A DNA stretch of 64,000 nucleotides from Puccinia triticina (Eukaryota): NCBI GenBank assembly GCA_026914245.1, contig CP110439.1:8246001-8310000 (forward strand), written 5' to 3'. Each line of letters begins with the position of its first letter. Position 1 is the first letter of the stretch. Under the pieces are notes generated by a model, which was not told the origin of the DNA, ran no database searches, and worked only from the letters and a program-made list of their open reading frames with translations. Both the position numbers and the translations under genes were made by a program. Shown here piece by piece: positions 51,594 to 62,742 of this stretch.

Positions 51594-52530
51594 ATGTGTC
51601 ATCCTGCAGACCCAGCCACCATCACCACCCCCGCTTCGACCAGATCGACCGATGGAAAGATATCGATCGGTATCGAATACGAACTGTTCGTCAGGGTCCA
51701 GAAAAACGGCCAATCCAAGTCGAAGATGAAGCGGATGTCGTCAAAGGGTCGGGTCGTCCCCATGGAGCTAAACCTCGACAAGCTGGACTTTTCCCTGCTC
51801 AAAACCCTGGTAATCCAGCACCTAGAAAACATCAACGTGCGGATTTATCCAATTGAGATCATTGCCGCGCAAGCAGACCGGGCATCTGCCCTCAAGTGGT
51901 CGTACATCATACTGGAGCCGGGCGAGTTTGACCGGGACACATCAACATTGGCCGAGGATAATGGCTTGTTTAAATCGTTTGTCAATGCCGCGCACAAGTC
52001 CTCTAAAGATGCGGAGATCTACTTGATCCTCAACATGGAAAAGGACAATCTTGCCATTGTCACTGTGGTAGTTAGTGTATGTCAGATCCTGTTGAATGCT
52101 GCAAATTTTTGTCTCTGCTCATCGTGTGCTTCACACAGGATTTGCCCCGCAAGCCTGCCGGCGGCGCCGCGGTCTCCTTCAACTTGAACGCCATATCAAA
52201 CAAACGTGCGAGCGCCGACCATTCTGCCAATCGTCCTCCACCTCCGAAGAGGCAAAATCCTGGGCTCCGGCCCCTTGGACTCACAGCTAGCCTTTTCACT
52301 CCTCCTTTCTCCATGTCTCAATTTCTGTCGTTGTGTCACATCCCCGATGATTAAAAACCAGTCCAAGCCATGATATCAGATCACGATATATTTCACTGGA
52401 CAGCTTTTGAAGGGACATCCCACAGGGAGCTGCGCAAGCTTGGATTGAAGTGGGGTCCAGCGCAAGCAATCTTGAAAGGTGTCATGATAGCCTGGGCCAT
52501 TTGTGATGCTCAACAAACTCAAAGCTAGCT
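51594..52530 (+). pseudogene. Spliced transposon-associated ORF with SAM-like C-terminus; in-frame TAA near 52352
   Basis: Intron ~52070-52138; FLSLCHIPDD...IFHWTAF...ELRKLGLKWGPA. Confidence 0.5.
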
Positions 52531-53212
52531 AGCTCTCTTGTTACATATTAGATCTCTTATTCATTCCTTCATCTCATCAAAATTGTCAATACCTCGTCCT
52601 GAATGAATGATCTCCCCTGATCAGTAGATCTCTTATGTCTTCCCTCATCTCATCACAATGTTCTACTCCTCTTCCTGAAAGAATGTTTGAATGTCAGTTC
52701 CAAGTCTTATTACCATAACATGATACCAAGACCACAAATGCTATGCTGCACTGGAAAAATCCCCAAATCAATTCAGCAGGCCATCCATCCTTCTGCTTCC
52801 AAATATGCACCGGTGGGCCAGCTGCGCTGCTAACCATACACAGCGGGGGTGCTTCCTGGCCCGCGCGTTTGTGAAGATGACGGATTCACCGGCTCTGTGA
52901 AATCCATGTGGATTTTGTGGCAGAGGCACTCTAAGCTGTGGCAAAGACACTCTAAGCTGGGGAGGAGGCACTCTAAGCTGGGGAGGAGGCACTCTGAACT
53001 GATGTGGCAGATGGACTCCAAACATTGTTATTATAAGATTCACATCATATTTTCTCAAAACAATCATATACTTTTTCATAAAAACACCTGTCAACTGTTT
53101 GGTTATCTTATTAGGCTACTCTGCTTCTATTTGATAATTATAGATCAAACAATAAGACTAACTAAGAAATCAACTACACAGTCTTGATTGCTTACTGTAT
53201 CAGGCATTGCAT

Positions 53213-54145
53213 TCATTTCTTTTTCTGCAATTTTTTCAAATATTCACGTTGTTCTACCACTCTACCATGTAAAAATTCACTTTTTGCCACCACTCTATCA
53301 TATTCCTTCTTCACAGTGTTGATGGTCTTTTCAAAAGCTCCCCCATCTTTGCACACTAGGGTGTGCTTAGCCATGCAGTGTTGATATTTTTGCCGCCAGG
53401 CTAATTGTGCTTCTGAAATTGTCTCTCCCACATATCCAGCTGGTGTTGGGACTAGTAAATGATCCTTATCTAAAATTGTGATAGCAACAAAATGTGCCTT
53501 TGATGGAATCAAAGCAAATGTAATTGGCTGATTGTCATTTGGTAGAACAAAGTCCGGGAAAAATGATGTACTTTCATATGGTGAATAGAAACAAACTGGG
53601 GTCTGATATGTATTTGAAATAATTTTTCCCATTCCTGGCATTGTCATCCAATATTCCTCTCCACATGGTTCAGGTGACGGCGCATTCAAAATCTTTAAAT
53701 GTTCTTCAACAGTGTAGAAAGGGTTGGCTTTTTGGTAGAAGACTCTCCTGTTCTTCAACTCTTCTGATAGCTCATGCCGTATGTTCATATAGTCTTCTTC
53801 TCCTCTTCCCAAAAGGAATGCTACAGACCTGAATCCACAGTGCCCATCTCCTTTAACATTAAAAATTTGTTTCACCCACGGCTGGATTCGGGTTGGAATT
53901 TCCCATATGTAGTCATCTCTCATATCAGGTGGATGAGGTTTTGGTCCTAAATCAAAAGAGTCTGACAGTGTTCTATGACTTGAGAAAGTCTTGGGTGTTG
54001 ATGTTGAGGAATTGAATATTTTATTAGTTCCTTGGTTTGCTTCCTCTCCTTTCACTAGGTGATTTGAGAAAGTTTTGGGTGTTAATACCTCTGATAGTCT
54101 GGGGTCAATGGACTTGGAGATTGGACCATGTAATGGATTGTACAA
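53213..54145 (-). CDS. OTU-like cysteine protease ORF, probably MULE-derived
   Basis: VKGDGHCGFRSVA, YWMTMP, AHFV motifs. Confidence 0.8.
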   Translation of the reverse strand: MYNPLHGPISKSIDPRLSEVLTPKTFSNHLVKGEEANQGTNKIFNSSTSTPKTFSSHRTLSDSFDLGPKPHPPDMRDDYIWEIPTRIQPWVKQIFNVKGDGHCGFRSVAFLLGRGEEDYMNIRHELSEELKNRRVFYQKANPFYTVEEHLKILNAPSPEPCGEEYWMTMPGMGKIISNTYQTPVCFYSPYESTSFFPDFVLPNDNQPITFALIPSKAHFVAITILDKDHLLVPTPAGYVGETISEAQLAWRQKYQHCMAKHTLVCKDGGAFEKTINTVKKEYDRVVAKSEFLHGRVVEQREYLKKLQKKK

Positions 54146-54282
54146 AGAATGATGGTTAGATTATGGCCGGTGCGAGGCCAGGGGCCCGGGCAAATGCTGT
54201 GCCTATCCCACAAATCACTGATGTGGTTGTCACAGTAAGTCTCATCTTATCACTCTAATCTAAAGCCAAAAGACCAAGGCTG

Positions 54283-54776
54283 ATGGAATCTTTGTTGCGG
54301 AGAAATCAGGTTTTGCGAGAGTTTTCCCCTCAACATGCACTCATGACGCGAGCCAATGTGGCCCGATCAATCCACATCAGCTTGGTGGTACGCATGGCGT
54401 ACCTGCGGTTGCATATGTACATGCAGCGTCAACAGGATCGAACGACTACCTTGGTTCGATCCCCTTGGGAGCTGATTGATCGACACCTGGAGACCATGCG
54501 ACACAAGTCGCAAGACTACAAAGTGGCGTAAGTTAATCTTTATTCCTCAGTATTTTTATTGGACGAACATGTTCTGATGTGTGATTACCTATCAGGTACG
54601 GCCGTCTCATCTTGGACTACAACCGACACATCTTTGATGGCGCAAAGACGGCGTGGGAGATTGCCAGCATCTCGGTTGCCCTCCCCTCTGACGAAGAAGT
54701 GCAGGCGATGCTGCGTGAAAGAGCCCAGGAGGCCCCGGGTGATGAAGATGACAATGGTGCCGCAGACGGCTTCTAA
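54283..54776 (+). CDS. 3' exons of a CACTA-associated accessory ORF; intron ~54529-54595
   Basis: RMAYLRL...WELIDRHL...YKVA|YGRLILDYNRHIFDG...LPSDEEV; frame kept across GT-AG intron. Confidence 0.55.
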
Positions 54777-54799
54777 TTATCATGTTTTCATGTTTTCAT

Positions 54800-55213
54800 G
54801 TTTTCTTTTTTTCCTTTTTTTCCTTCTTTTCCTTTTTTTCCTTTTTTTTCCTTTTTTTCCTTTTTTTCCTTTTTTTTCCTTTTTTTCCTTTTTTTTCCTT
54901 TTTTTCCTTTTTTTTCCTTTTTTTTCCTTTTTTTTCCTTTTTTTTTCCTTTTTTTTCCTTTTTTTTCCTTTTTTTTTTCCTTTTTTTCCTTTTTTTTTCC
55001 TTTTTTTCCTTTTTTTTCCTTTTTTTCCTTTTTTTCCTTTTTTTCCTTTTTTTTTTCCTTTTTTTCCTTTTTTTCCTTTTTTTCCTTTTTTTTCCTTTTT
55101 TTTTCCTTTTTTTCCTTTTTTTCCTTTTTTTTCCTTTTTTTCCTTTTTTTCCTTTTTTTTCCTTTTTTTTCCTTTTTTTCCTTTTTTTCCTTTTTTTCCT
55201 TTTTCTCCTTTTG
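54800..55213. repeat. (T6-9CC)n polypyrimidine microsatellite
   Basis: Direct reading; only 2-3 units in sister copy at 50600-50628. Confidence 0.95.
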
Positions 55214-55705
55214 ATGTTGTTTGTTTTCTTATCAACACCGTCCCAGTTCTCCTCCATGTCCCCCATGCAATGCAGTGTGTCGTACCCAGGCGGTACCACA
55301 TTCTGCTGCAGATATAACCCACGGATTTGATCCGCTCCGCGCAAGGCTAACCGAGCCACCGCACCCCCCCAAAGGTGAATGCAACGGACCGGTGAGCCAC
55401 GTGGAGACCACCTCTCGAGGTGTCGCTGCCTCGTGGGCTCGACCAACCCGTCGTGATCACGGGTTTTCCTCGGTGGAATCGCCGTTGGTGGTGTGGTGGG
55501 GCCGGCGTGGACCCGACCATCCCGTCGGTGCCACGAGGAATCCACGGAGAGCCAAAAGCCCACGTGGATTCCTCACCGTGCCCAGTTGGTGGAGTCCCCG
55601 TGAACGTGTGGACCAACAGCCGCTGGTCCGACCTCGCGCGCGCGGCCACCACGTGGAGTCCTCGTGGAAACCGCGTGATTTCCCCGTGGACGGACTCCCC
55701 GGGTG

Positions 55706-58700
55706 TAGACTAGGTACAACGCGCAGCCGCAGTATGCATGTATGTACAAAGGATCTGATACATGCATATAGTGATGGATAAACTCGGGATGAGTTAAGTT
55801 TACCATCTTGGCTGTCCTGGCCCTCTAACATCCCCCCCAAGCTGGTAAACTTCACGCCCTTAGACCAATCTTCGCCATCGCCCCTTCCATCTTGTTTGGT
55901 CCCAGCTTTTTGGTGAAAATGTCCGCTTGTTGAAGATGTGTATTTGTCCAGATGATCTTGATGTTGTTTTCCCTGACGAAATCATTGATGAAATAGAAAG
56001 CCCACATTACATATTTTGTCCTTTTCTTCAATGCATTGTTGTCTGCTATTAATATCGCCGCTTTGTTGTCGCAAAAAATGTTCATCTTGATTGAGTGATG
56101 AATATCTTCTAAAAGGATTGAAAGTCCTGCCAAGTGTTGTGCCCCGTCTGACAAAGCTACATATTCCGCCGCGCAAGTCGACAATGCCACGACCGTCTGC
56201 CGCTTCGCTCCCCACGCAATCGAGTCCCCCAAATGCTTGATAACAAACCCAGATGTCGACCGTTCATGCTCGCTGCCCCAGTTCGCATCCGACCACAGAT
56301 CCAAAGAATCCCCAGCTCCTTTCAGATTCAGTTTTACCGACTTCGACCACTTCAGATAACCAATTAGAAAATCTAGTGCCTTCCAGTGCTTTGGCGATGG
56401 GTTTTCACTGTACCTTGCTAGTAGATTCACGGCATAAGACAAGTCTGGCCGTGTCCCAGCCGCGAGGTACATCAGGGATCCGAGAGTAGAGCGGTACTCC
56501 GTCTGGTCTAGAGGTTTGCCAGAGTGAATTTCTAGCGCTTCATCCGGTAGGGTGCTCCGCTGAGTGAAAACCGGCCTGGAATAATCCGCCACGATCTGGC
56601 TGGCAAGCTTTTCTTGGTCGAGTTCCACGACATCAGCTTTCAATTTGATGTTTATACTGACCAGTTTTGCCACATCATTTGACCATTTTATCTTCATCTC
56701 CTTTTCCATCGCCGTCCGTAGTTCTCCCATCAGTCCTTCATTCGACGCCACCGCAAATCCATTGTCCACATGTAACCAGATTATAATGAAGCTGTTGCCG
56801 CGCCGGTAGATGTATAATGACTGTTCTAACTCCGAAGCAATGAATCCCAGGTTTTCCATTTTTGACTTGAAAAACTTCCACCAGCATCGCGCGGCCTGTT
56901 TTGTGCCGTACATTGCCTTCTTGAGCTTCATAATTTTCCCTTTCAACTCCGGACAAATTTCTACCGGGGGCTGTACATATACATCTTCTTCAATGGGGCT
57001 GTACAAATAAGCCGAACTGACGTCAAAGGTCGCGATCGGATAGTGGTACTTGATGGCTAGGGAGATGAATAGACGAAGAGTGACTAAGGATGCCGTCGGC
57101 GCATATGTCTTGTTGCAGTCGCGGCCCATCACTTGGTTGAAACCCTTCGCTACGTATCTTGCGCGGTATATTTCCGGATCATCCCGCTGCATGCCTTCCT
57201 TGATAGCGAAAACCCACCTGCACCCCAACGCCTTAGCTCCAGGGAACGGGTCCATCGGTATCCAGACGTCCAATTCGAAAAACTTGTCAATCTTGTAGTT
57301 CGCCGCAGCTTGCCATGCCGTTGAGTCTTTTGCTTGGAGTGCCGACCGGATATTGAGGGGAATCCGCCGATCCTCATTTAACGGCAAATTTGCTATGGCT
57401 TTCTGCTCTGCTTTCGCTTGCTCATCAGTCGTCTCTTCTCCTAGCTTTAGAACTATCTGGTTGATTATGAAGTCCAGATCGCCACGCTTGGCTTCTTTCT
57501 TCTTTACTGGTAAGTTCTGGAACTTGGGAAATATGACCAACGTCGAGTGTAAAATTTGACCATTTTGATTAGAGTGTACCAACCATCCTGCCCCAGCTGC
57601 CGGGTAACCGATGAGCTTCCCCGAGATGGCTTCCTCTGAGAGTTTGTCGCGCTTCTCCTTTGGGATGTGTACAATCGCGTCTGCTCCGAATGGGTATAGG
57701 ACATTCGGATCCACCTCGATGTTGTACAACGCTTTTAGTGGACAGGAGTCTATCTTCTTGTTCGGGATTCTGTTGTGGATGTGGGCCGCCATGCGGTACG
57801 CGTAACTCCAGTACGGACGTGCCATTGCAGACTCGTGTAGCATCGTCCTAGCCATATCGCCTAGCGTTTGATTCACCCTTTCTGCTTCTTCTTTCTGCTC
57901 AGGGCTGTACGGTGGGACCGGAGCTAAAGAAACCCCGATGGGTTTGAGGAGCTTCTCCAGCGATGATGTGTATTCTGGAGCATTGTCGCATTGGATGTTC
58001 TTGCGATGCCGGCCAATGGTGACTTTTAGATGATTCAACCATTCCATGATTTTCGCCGGGACCTTGCTCCGCTCCACCAAAACGTCGCAGAAGATGTATG
58101 TTGTAGCGTGGTCTCTCAAAGTCAGAACGTAGCGTTTTCCCGAAAGGTCATATGAGAATGGTCCTGCCACGTCCAATACGAGTAAGTCAAGCGGTTCATC
58201 TCGTGGAATCAAGGAATTTCCTCCAGGAGATTTCTTATCAACACTTTTAGACTTTGCGCATTGAGTACAGAAAAACGAGTCCCATGTTTTTCCTTCAACC
58301 TCTTCTGGGTAATGCTGCCTTAGGTATTTTCTCACTACTTCTTCTGATACGTGGCCGAGCCGTCTATGCCACAAGAAGGGATCAAACAAGGGGCGTTGGG
58401 TGACTTTATTCAGGACAAGAGATTGATTTAAATTACTCAGAAACCAACAGAAATTGTGGTACAACATGTTAAAGACTAATTTCGAGGGACTAGTCAACGT
58501 CGCTTCTCGTCCGCGGAATTCCAGTTGCCATCCCACATTCGTCAGTCTTCCAACCAATAGGATGACCCCGTCTACGCCAGGGCAATAGTAGACGTCTTCA
58601 ATCTTCACTTCGCCTTGCTTCGTTGGGATCGTGATTGTCCCCTTGAGTCTGACATCAACGGAGCAATCAGCCACTGCCAGCAATATTCTTCTAGGTCGAT

Positions 58701-60550
58701 CGAGTTCTTCAGTCAAGGTGTAGAGTGAGAGGGAACCACTCACATGAGTAGACGCTCCCGAATCTAGTAAGATCTTCCCATCGCCGACTTCCGGTATGTC
58801 CAGTTGCCGAAGCCGGTTGCTTTTTCCGAACGGCCGTTCAGGCGGAAGGTAGTTCGAACCTGGTGCATCGTGTCCTTCCGGAGGAGGTCCTATGGCTCCC
58901 GACTCAACGTCCTCCCAGAATAGACAACAGTTGTTATGCCAGTGACCGTCTTGCTTGCAGTAATGGCAGCAAACGCCCCACTTTCCCGCTAGGTGGCTGG
59001 TGAGGGGATATCCACGGTAAGCCAACGCCTTCTCAATCGACAGGTTCGGCTTAGGTTGACTGGTATGCGGGGTGCTCTGTTGATTTTGCCCACTCTTCTG
59101 CTGATGTCCGAAGTGCGGTGGAGTGCGTTTGTGAGGTGGCGCGTATCTTCCTGCCATCGATCTGACTGCATTCACCGCGTCTAGATCCATCGGGGCGTAT
59201 GAGTCGTCCATACTTTGGGATGCCTTGTTTTGGGACTTGCCGGACGCAGCCTGGATAACCGTCATGACATCGTTGAAAGTCGCATCCTTGGTGGCTTCTA
59301 GCTTCTGACTAACCATAAATTCGAAAGTCTTTGCATCGATACCGGCCGGTGCCGCAAAGCTGCTTTGGAGCAGGAGGCCTCCAGCTTCTTCCCACGAGAT
59401 CTTCAGCTGAGTCATCTCGTTCCACACTTTGCTCCAATTCGCTAGGTTCACCTCTGTCTCAGGCGATCGATCACCGATTAGTTCGGCAAACTGGTTGATG
59501 ACGTCCAGCTTATGTTGTCTGTCGGACCTGTCGCATTGGTTCTTGAGCTGAGTGAAGATAGTCCATGGGTTATCCGAGTTCACACCGTCTACTATGTCCA
59601 ACAGTGTTGTTTCGATTGTTGGCCGCAATAGACAAGCAATGGCCGCCTGATCTTTGGCCGACCAAGACACAAAATTCGCCTCGAGCTCGGTAAAAGTCCC
59701 TTGATTTTCGAAGACATATTTCAGCGTCCGGTTGATTTTGCGGTCCCAGACTTTGAAGTTTGCTTTTCCCTCCGCGAGCCGAGTCTTCTTGGGATTGTGC
59801 ATGTAGTGGAGGTCTAGCGGCTTTTTATGAAAGCTTTGAAGCACGCTGTTGACTCCTTCGGCTTGCGGGTTTGGGCGGAGGATATTGACATTGTTGAGTA
59901 GACCTTTGAGGCGCTGTGATTTGCCTTTTAGGTGGAAGTAGTCTTTGGCCAATGGTGTTGCCGCCATTACTACTGAAGTCAAGGAGGAGGGTACTGGTTG
60001 GTGATTGTTCTTGTAGTACGCCCGAGTTTTCTCTTCAAAATCTTTGATCGCTTTGATTCTCTCTTTTTCTTCGATGTCTCTTTCTTTTCGTTGTTTCTCT
60101 AGTGTTTCTTCTATTGCTTTCTCTCGAATCTCTTTTAGTTTGCCTCCTCGACCGACCATTCAATGCTGGTCTCCCGAGCTGTGGACTCAGATACCGAATA
60201 GCAGAACCGGCTTTTAACCTATAAGACGCTCAACGGAGCGAATGCAAATCTGACGACAAGAAATGCGTCGCCGATTGGTCAGCCTTGCTCGGTATCGTGT
60301 CCAACCTCGGTGAGTTAATTGCACATACCTGACGACAAGAAATGCGTCGCCGATCGGTCAGCCTCGCTCAGTATTGTGTCCAACCTCGGTGAGGAAAGGT
60401 TGGAACCGGTACCGGCGGGCTGAGTTAGACTAGGTACAACGCGCAGCCGCAGTATGCATGTATGTACAAAGGATCTGATACATGCATATAGTGATGGATA
60501 AACTCGGGATGAGTTAAGTTTATCATCTTGGCTGTCCTGGCCCTCTAACA
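55706..60550 (-). mobile_element. Ty1/Copia LTR retrotransposon; 5' LTR ~60550-60220, 3' LTR 55830-55706 (truncated)
   Basis: Direct repeats 55706-55830 and 60426-60550 starting TGTTAGAGGG on minus; PPT at 55831-55840; PBS-like GGTTAAAAGCC near 60219-60209. Confidence 0.93.
55852..60159 (-). CDS. Copia Gag-Pol polyprotein (1435 aa), open but RT active site mutated
   Basis: CHYCKQDGHWHNNC, LLDSGAS, WHRRLGH...CTQC, integrase D/D/E, RT HVDN, RNase H SDANW...AEY...CDN. Confidence 0.95.
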   Translation of the reverse strand: MVGRGGKLKEIREKAIEETLEKQRKERDIEEKERIKAIKDFEEKTRAYYKNNHQPVPSSLTSVVMAATPLAKDYFHLKGKSQRLKGLLNNVNILRPNPQAEGVNSVLQSFHKKPLDLHYMHNPKKTRLAEGKANFKVWDRKINRTLKYVFENQGTFTELEANFVSWSAKDQAAIACLLRPTIETTLLDIVDGVNSDNPWTIFTQLKNQCDRSDRQHKLDVINQFAELIGDRSPETEVNLANWSKVWNEMTQLKISWEEAGGLLLQSSFAAPAGIDAKTFEFMVSQKLEATKDATFNDVMTVIQAASGKSQNKASQSMDDSYAPMDLDAVNAVRSMAGRYAPPHKRTPPHFGHQQKSGQNQQSTPHTSQPKPNLSIEKALAYRGYPLTSHLAGKWGVCCHYCKQDGHWHNNCCLFWEDVESGAIGPPPEGHDAPGSNYLPPERPFGKSNRLRQLDIPEVGDGKILLDSGASTHVSGSLSLYTLTEELDRPRRILLAVADCSVDVRLKGTITIPTKQGEVKIEDVYYCPGVDGVILLVGRLTNVGWQLEFRGREATLTSPSKLVFNMLYHNFCWFLSNLNQSLVLNKVTQRPLFDPFLWHRRLGHVSEEVVRKYLRQHYPEEVEGKTWDSFFCTQCAKSKSVDKKSPGGNSLIPRDEPLDLLVLDVAGPFSYDLSGKRYVLTLRDHATTYIFCDVLVERSKVPAKIMEWLNHLKVTIGRHRKNIQCDNAPEYTSSLEKLLKPIGVSLAPVPPYSPEQKEEAERVNQTLGDMARTMLHESAMARPYWSYAYRMAAHIHNRIPNKKIDSCPLKALYNIEVDPNVLYPFGADAIVHIPKEKRDKLSEEAISGKLIGYPAAGAGWLVHSNQNGQILHSTLVIFPKFQNLPVKKKEAKRGDLDFIINQIVLKLGEETTDEQAKAEQKAIANLPLNEDRRIPLNIRSALQAKDSTAWQAAANYKIDKFFELDVWIPMDPFPGAKALGCRWVFAIKEGMQRDDPEIYRARYVAKGFNQVMGRDCNKTYAPTASLVTLRLFISLAIKYHYPIATFDVSSAYLYSPIEEDVYVQPPVEICPELKGKIMKLKKAMYGTKQAARCWWKFFKSKMENLGFIASELEQSLYIYRRGNSFIIIWLHVDNGFAVASNEGLMGELRTAMEKEMKIKWSNDVAKLVSINIKLKADVVELDQEKLASQIVADYSRPVFTQRSTLPDEALEIHSGKPLDQTEYRSTLGSLMYLAAGTRPDLSYAVNLLARYSENPSPKHWKALDFLIGYLKWSKSVKLNLKGAGDSLDLWSDANWGSEHERSTSGFVIKHLGDSIAWGAKRQTVVALSTCAAEYVALSDGAQHLAGLSILLEDIHHSIKMNIFCDNKAAILIADNNALKKRTKYVMWAFYFINDFVRENNIKIIWTNTHLQQADIFTKKLGPNKMEGAMAKIGLRA

Positions 60551-60882
60551 TATGTTTCAAGATATTGGGGAGAAACTCATTGGAGCTCCCACTTCATCTG
60601 TATTTCACGAACCCCACGCTCCTCATCTTGACGACAAACCTACTTAGTTTGGACTTTGCTGGCTACGGGTGGACTGGTATGCACCAGAATTGCACATTGT
60701 GCCCTCCATACATTTCCACCCCGATCCTTACCAACCCGTCTATCTGTCCGAGCTTTGGGCCGCGCACATCCTATCATGCGACGATTAGCACCACCCCGGG
60801 CCCTGGTGCGGATTCTCTTATTTTTCTGTTTGGTAATTTCAAGTTCTCGCCCCCTTTCAGTCTATAACCGCCACCAACGCCG

Positions 60883-61586
60883 AATGGAGGCCGGTCGTCT
60901 TGCTGAGGGTTCGAAGGCGATAGGGGGTACATCGTCTGGCGTCAGAACAGAGAGCTCTGGGCAAGTGATATGCAGCTTGGTCAAGACGGACGAAGGTCTT
61001 CGGCCGTCCGCAGTCGGTGCCAATACCCGAACTTAGCTAAGTCCCTTGATCGGAGGCGCGCGAGCGCTGTCGCGAAGCGACCCTCCAAAGGAGGGACTTA
61101 CGACCTACCTCGCAAAACAGTAGGCAACAGAAATCCCATTTGGCTGGGGAAAATTTTCAAAATCTTCAACTCTTGATATCTCGACTCAAGTAAAAGCCAT
61201 CAAAAATCTGAGCAGACAGATTTGTCCGCCTACATCTGCCCTTTCACTTTCCACCTTCCTCAGGTCGGATCCCTCCAAAAACACTCTTGAATCCCAAATG
61301 AAACAAAAAGGAGTTCATGGGTTTTGGGAGGGCATTGTTCAAACAGGCCTTGGTCAAAGCCATACTTTTGACACCTGTCAAAACCTAGCAGCTCTTATTT
61401 TTTTTTAAAAAAAATCAAGCTCATGTGTTACAGGTAAAAGAAAGATACCAGCAGAGAGCCATGCTTCTTGGCTATTTCTTGAAGCAGCTGACTTGGCCCC
61501 AGCTGTCCTTGCGTAGCCTCAACGGAGGGACAAGCAAAAAAGGCTGAAAACAGACATCTGCTGCCTACTCATTTGCAAGGTAGGGC

Positions 61587-61617
<31 letters not shown>

Positions 61618-62742
61618 CCAGCGCTTGCGCGCCTCCGATCGAGGGACTTAGCTAAGTTCGGCCAATACCCGCCTTGAGCGCCCGGGAAAGCAAAACTCGG
61701 AGCTACCTCCGATTACTAAGGATCAGTCACCGATTAATAAGGACGAATCCCTGATTACTAAGGAACAATCACTCCCCAAGGACTCCCCCACGGATCCCTC
61801 CCTCCTCAACACCATTACTTCCGAGACCGGTACTTCCCCGGAGAAGCTCCCCACTGCTCAAAAGCTCCAGACGGAGAGTTCCCCGCAAAAAACGGCCCTT
61901 GGTCCTCGCGAACAAAGTAAAGACACCTCTCCATTTCAACCCCCCAACACTCAACTCGTCAAGACATATCCACCCAAGACTGGACCCCCCGACAGTAAAG
62001 GACCACTCCCATTGTCCACTCCTGCCGGAAAGTCTTCCCCGCCCAAATACAAACCTTTGCCTCCAACTTTTTCCCATGAGTTCCCTGAGACAAAGGAGGC
62101 ACGAAAAGTAAGAAATCTTCATACTATCAACATCTTTTGCTGTTTGGGCAACACAAACCGTTCAAACCCATGTGTTCCAAATTAAACTCGTGACATCCGT
62201 TTGCAGATGCAACAGAAAATAGCGCTGTACCAAGAATGGCTGGAACTTGTGAGTTTTGGAATTAATATGGCGAGTTGCTTTAGAAGCATGATCTAACACA
62301 ATGCTCTTCAGGCATCAGCTATAGAAGCATGCAAACGAAGGTTTCGTGCGAATATAACGTATGTGTCCCATGGAAACTTCTTCAACGGCGTAGGGCCAAG
62401 TGCCCCGCATGCAATCAACTAATTATCCCATGGGCGGTTGATTCAGGAAATGGCGAGATGCATTCAAGAAGCTTTTTGTAAGTGCTGATTCTACCTGGAT
62501 GTGTCTCTTCCTATTGAACCAATGGTTGAACTTTGTTTGTATTTAATGTAGACCAGAGGGGTGGGTACAATTCGAATATTTGGCTTTTCCAAAAAAAAGA
62601 CATGCTAATCACAACCCCAAACCAATTGTGTTACCACAGGGTTCAACCTCCAAAAAAGTGAAAGGAAAATCCTCAAGCACACAACAGGCTAAAACACTTG
62701 AGGAGCCAGAGCTAGAGCCCAAAGTACCCAAGCGTCCACTGT
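60883..62742 (+). pseudogene. Spliced gene of unknown function (Pro/Ser/Thr-rich exon) interrupted by a MITE
   Basis: Frame ...AVGANT|RLERPGKQ... restored by removing MITE plus one TSD and stays open to donor at 62108; further short exons from 62207 and 62312. Confidence 0.55.
61028..61660. mobile_element. Mutator-like MITE
   Basis: ~85-bp TIRs CGAACTTAGCTAAGTCCCT...; TSD GCCAATACC (61019-27, 61661-69). Confidence 0.9.

Larger units (their letters stand above)
51134..55705 (+). mobile_element. Composite CAC-terminated element(s): left ends at 51134 and 52839, right end at 55705
   Basis: Left ends CAC(G/A)..GGGGGT.CTTCCTGG; right end near-identical to 50640-51127; abuts and truncates the Copia 3' LTR. 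Confidence 0.65.

Noticed and set aside
54780..55563. Lys-rich and Phe-rich ORFs
   Set aside because: Translation artefacts of the (TnCC) microsatellite
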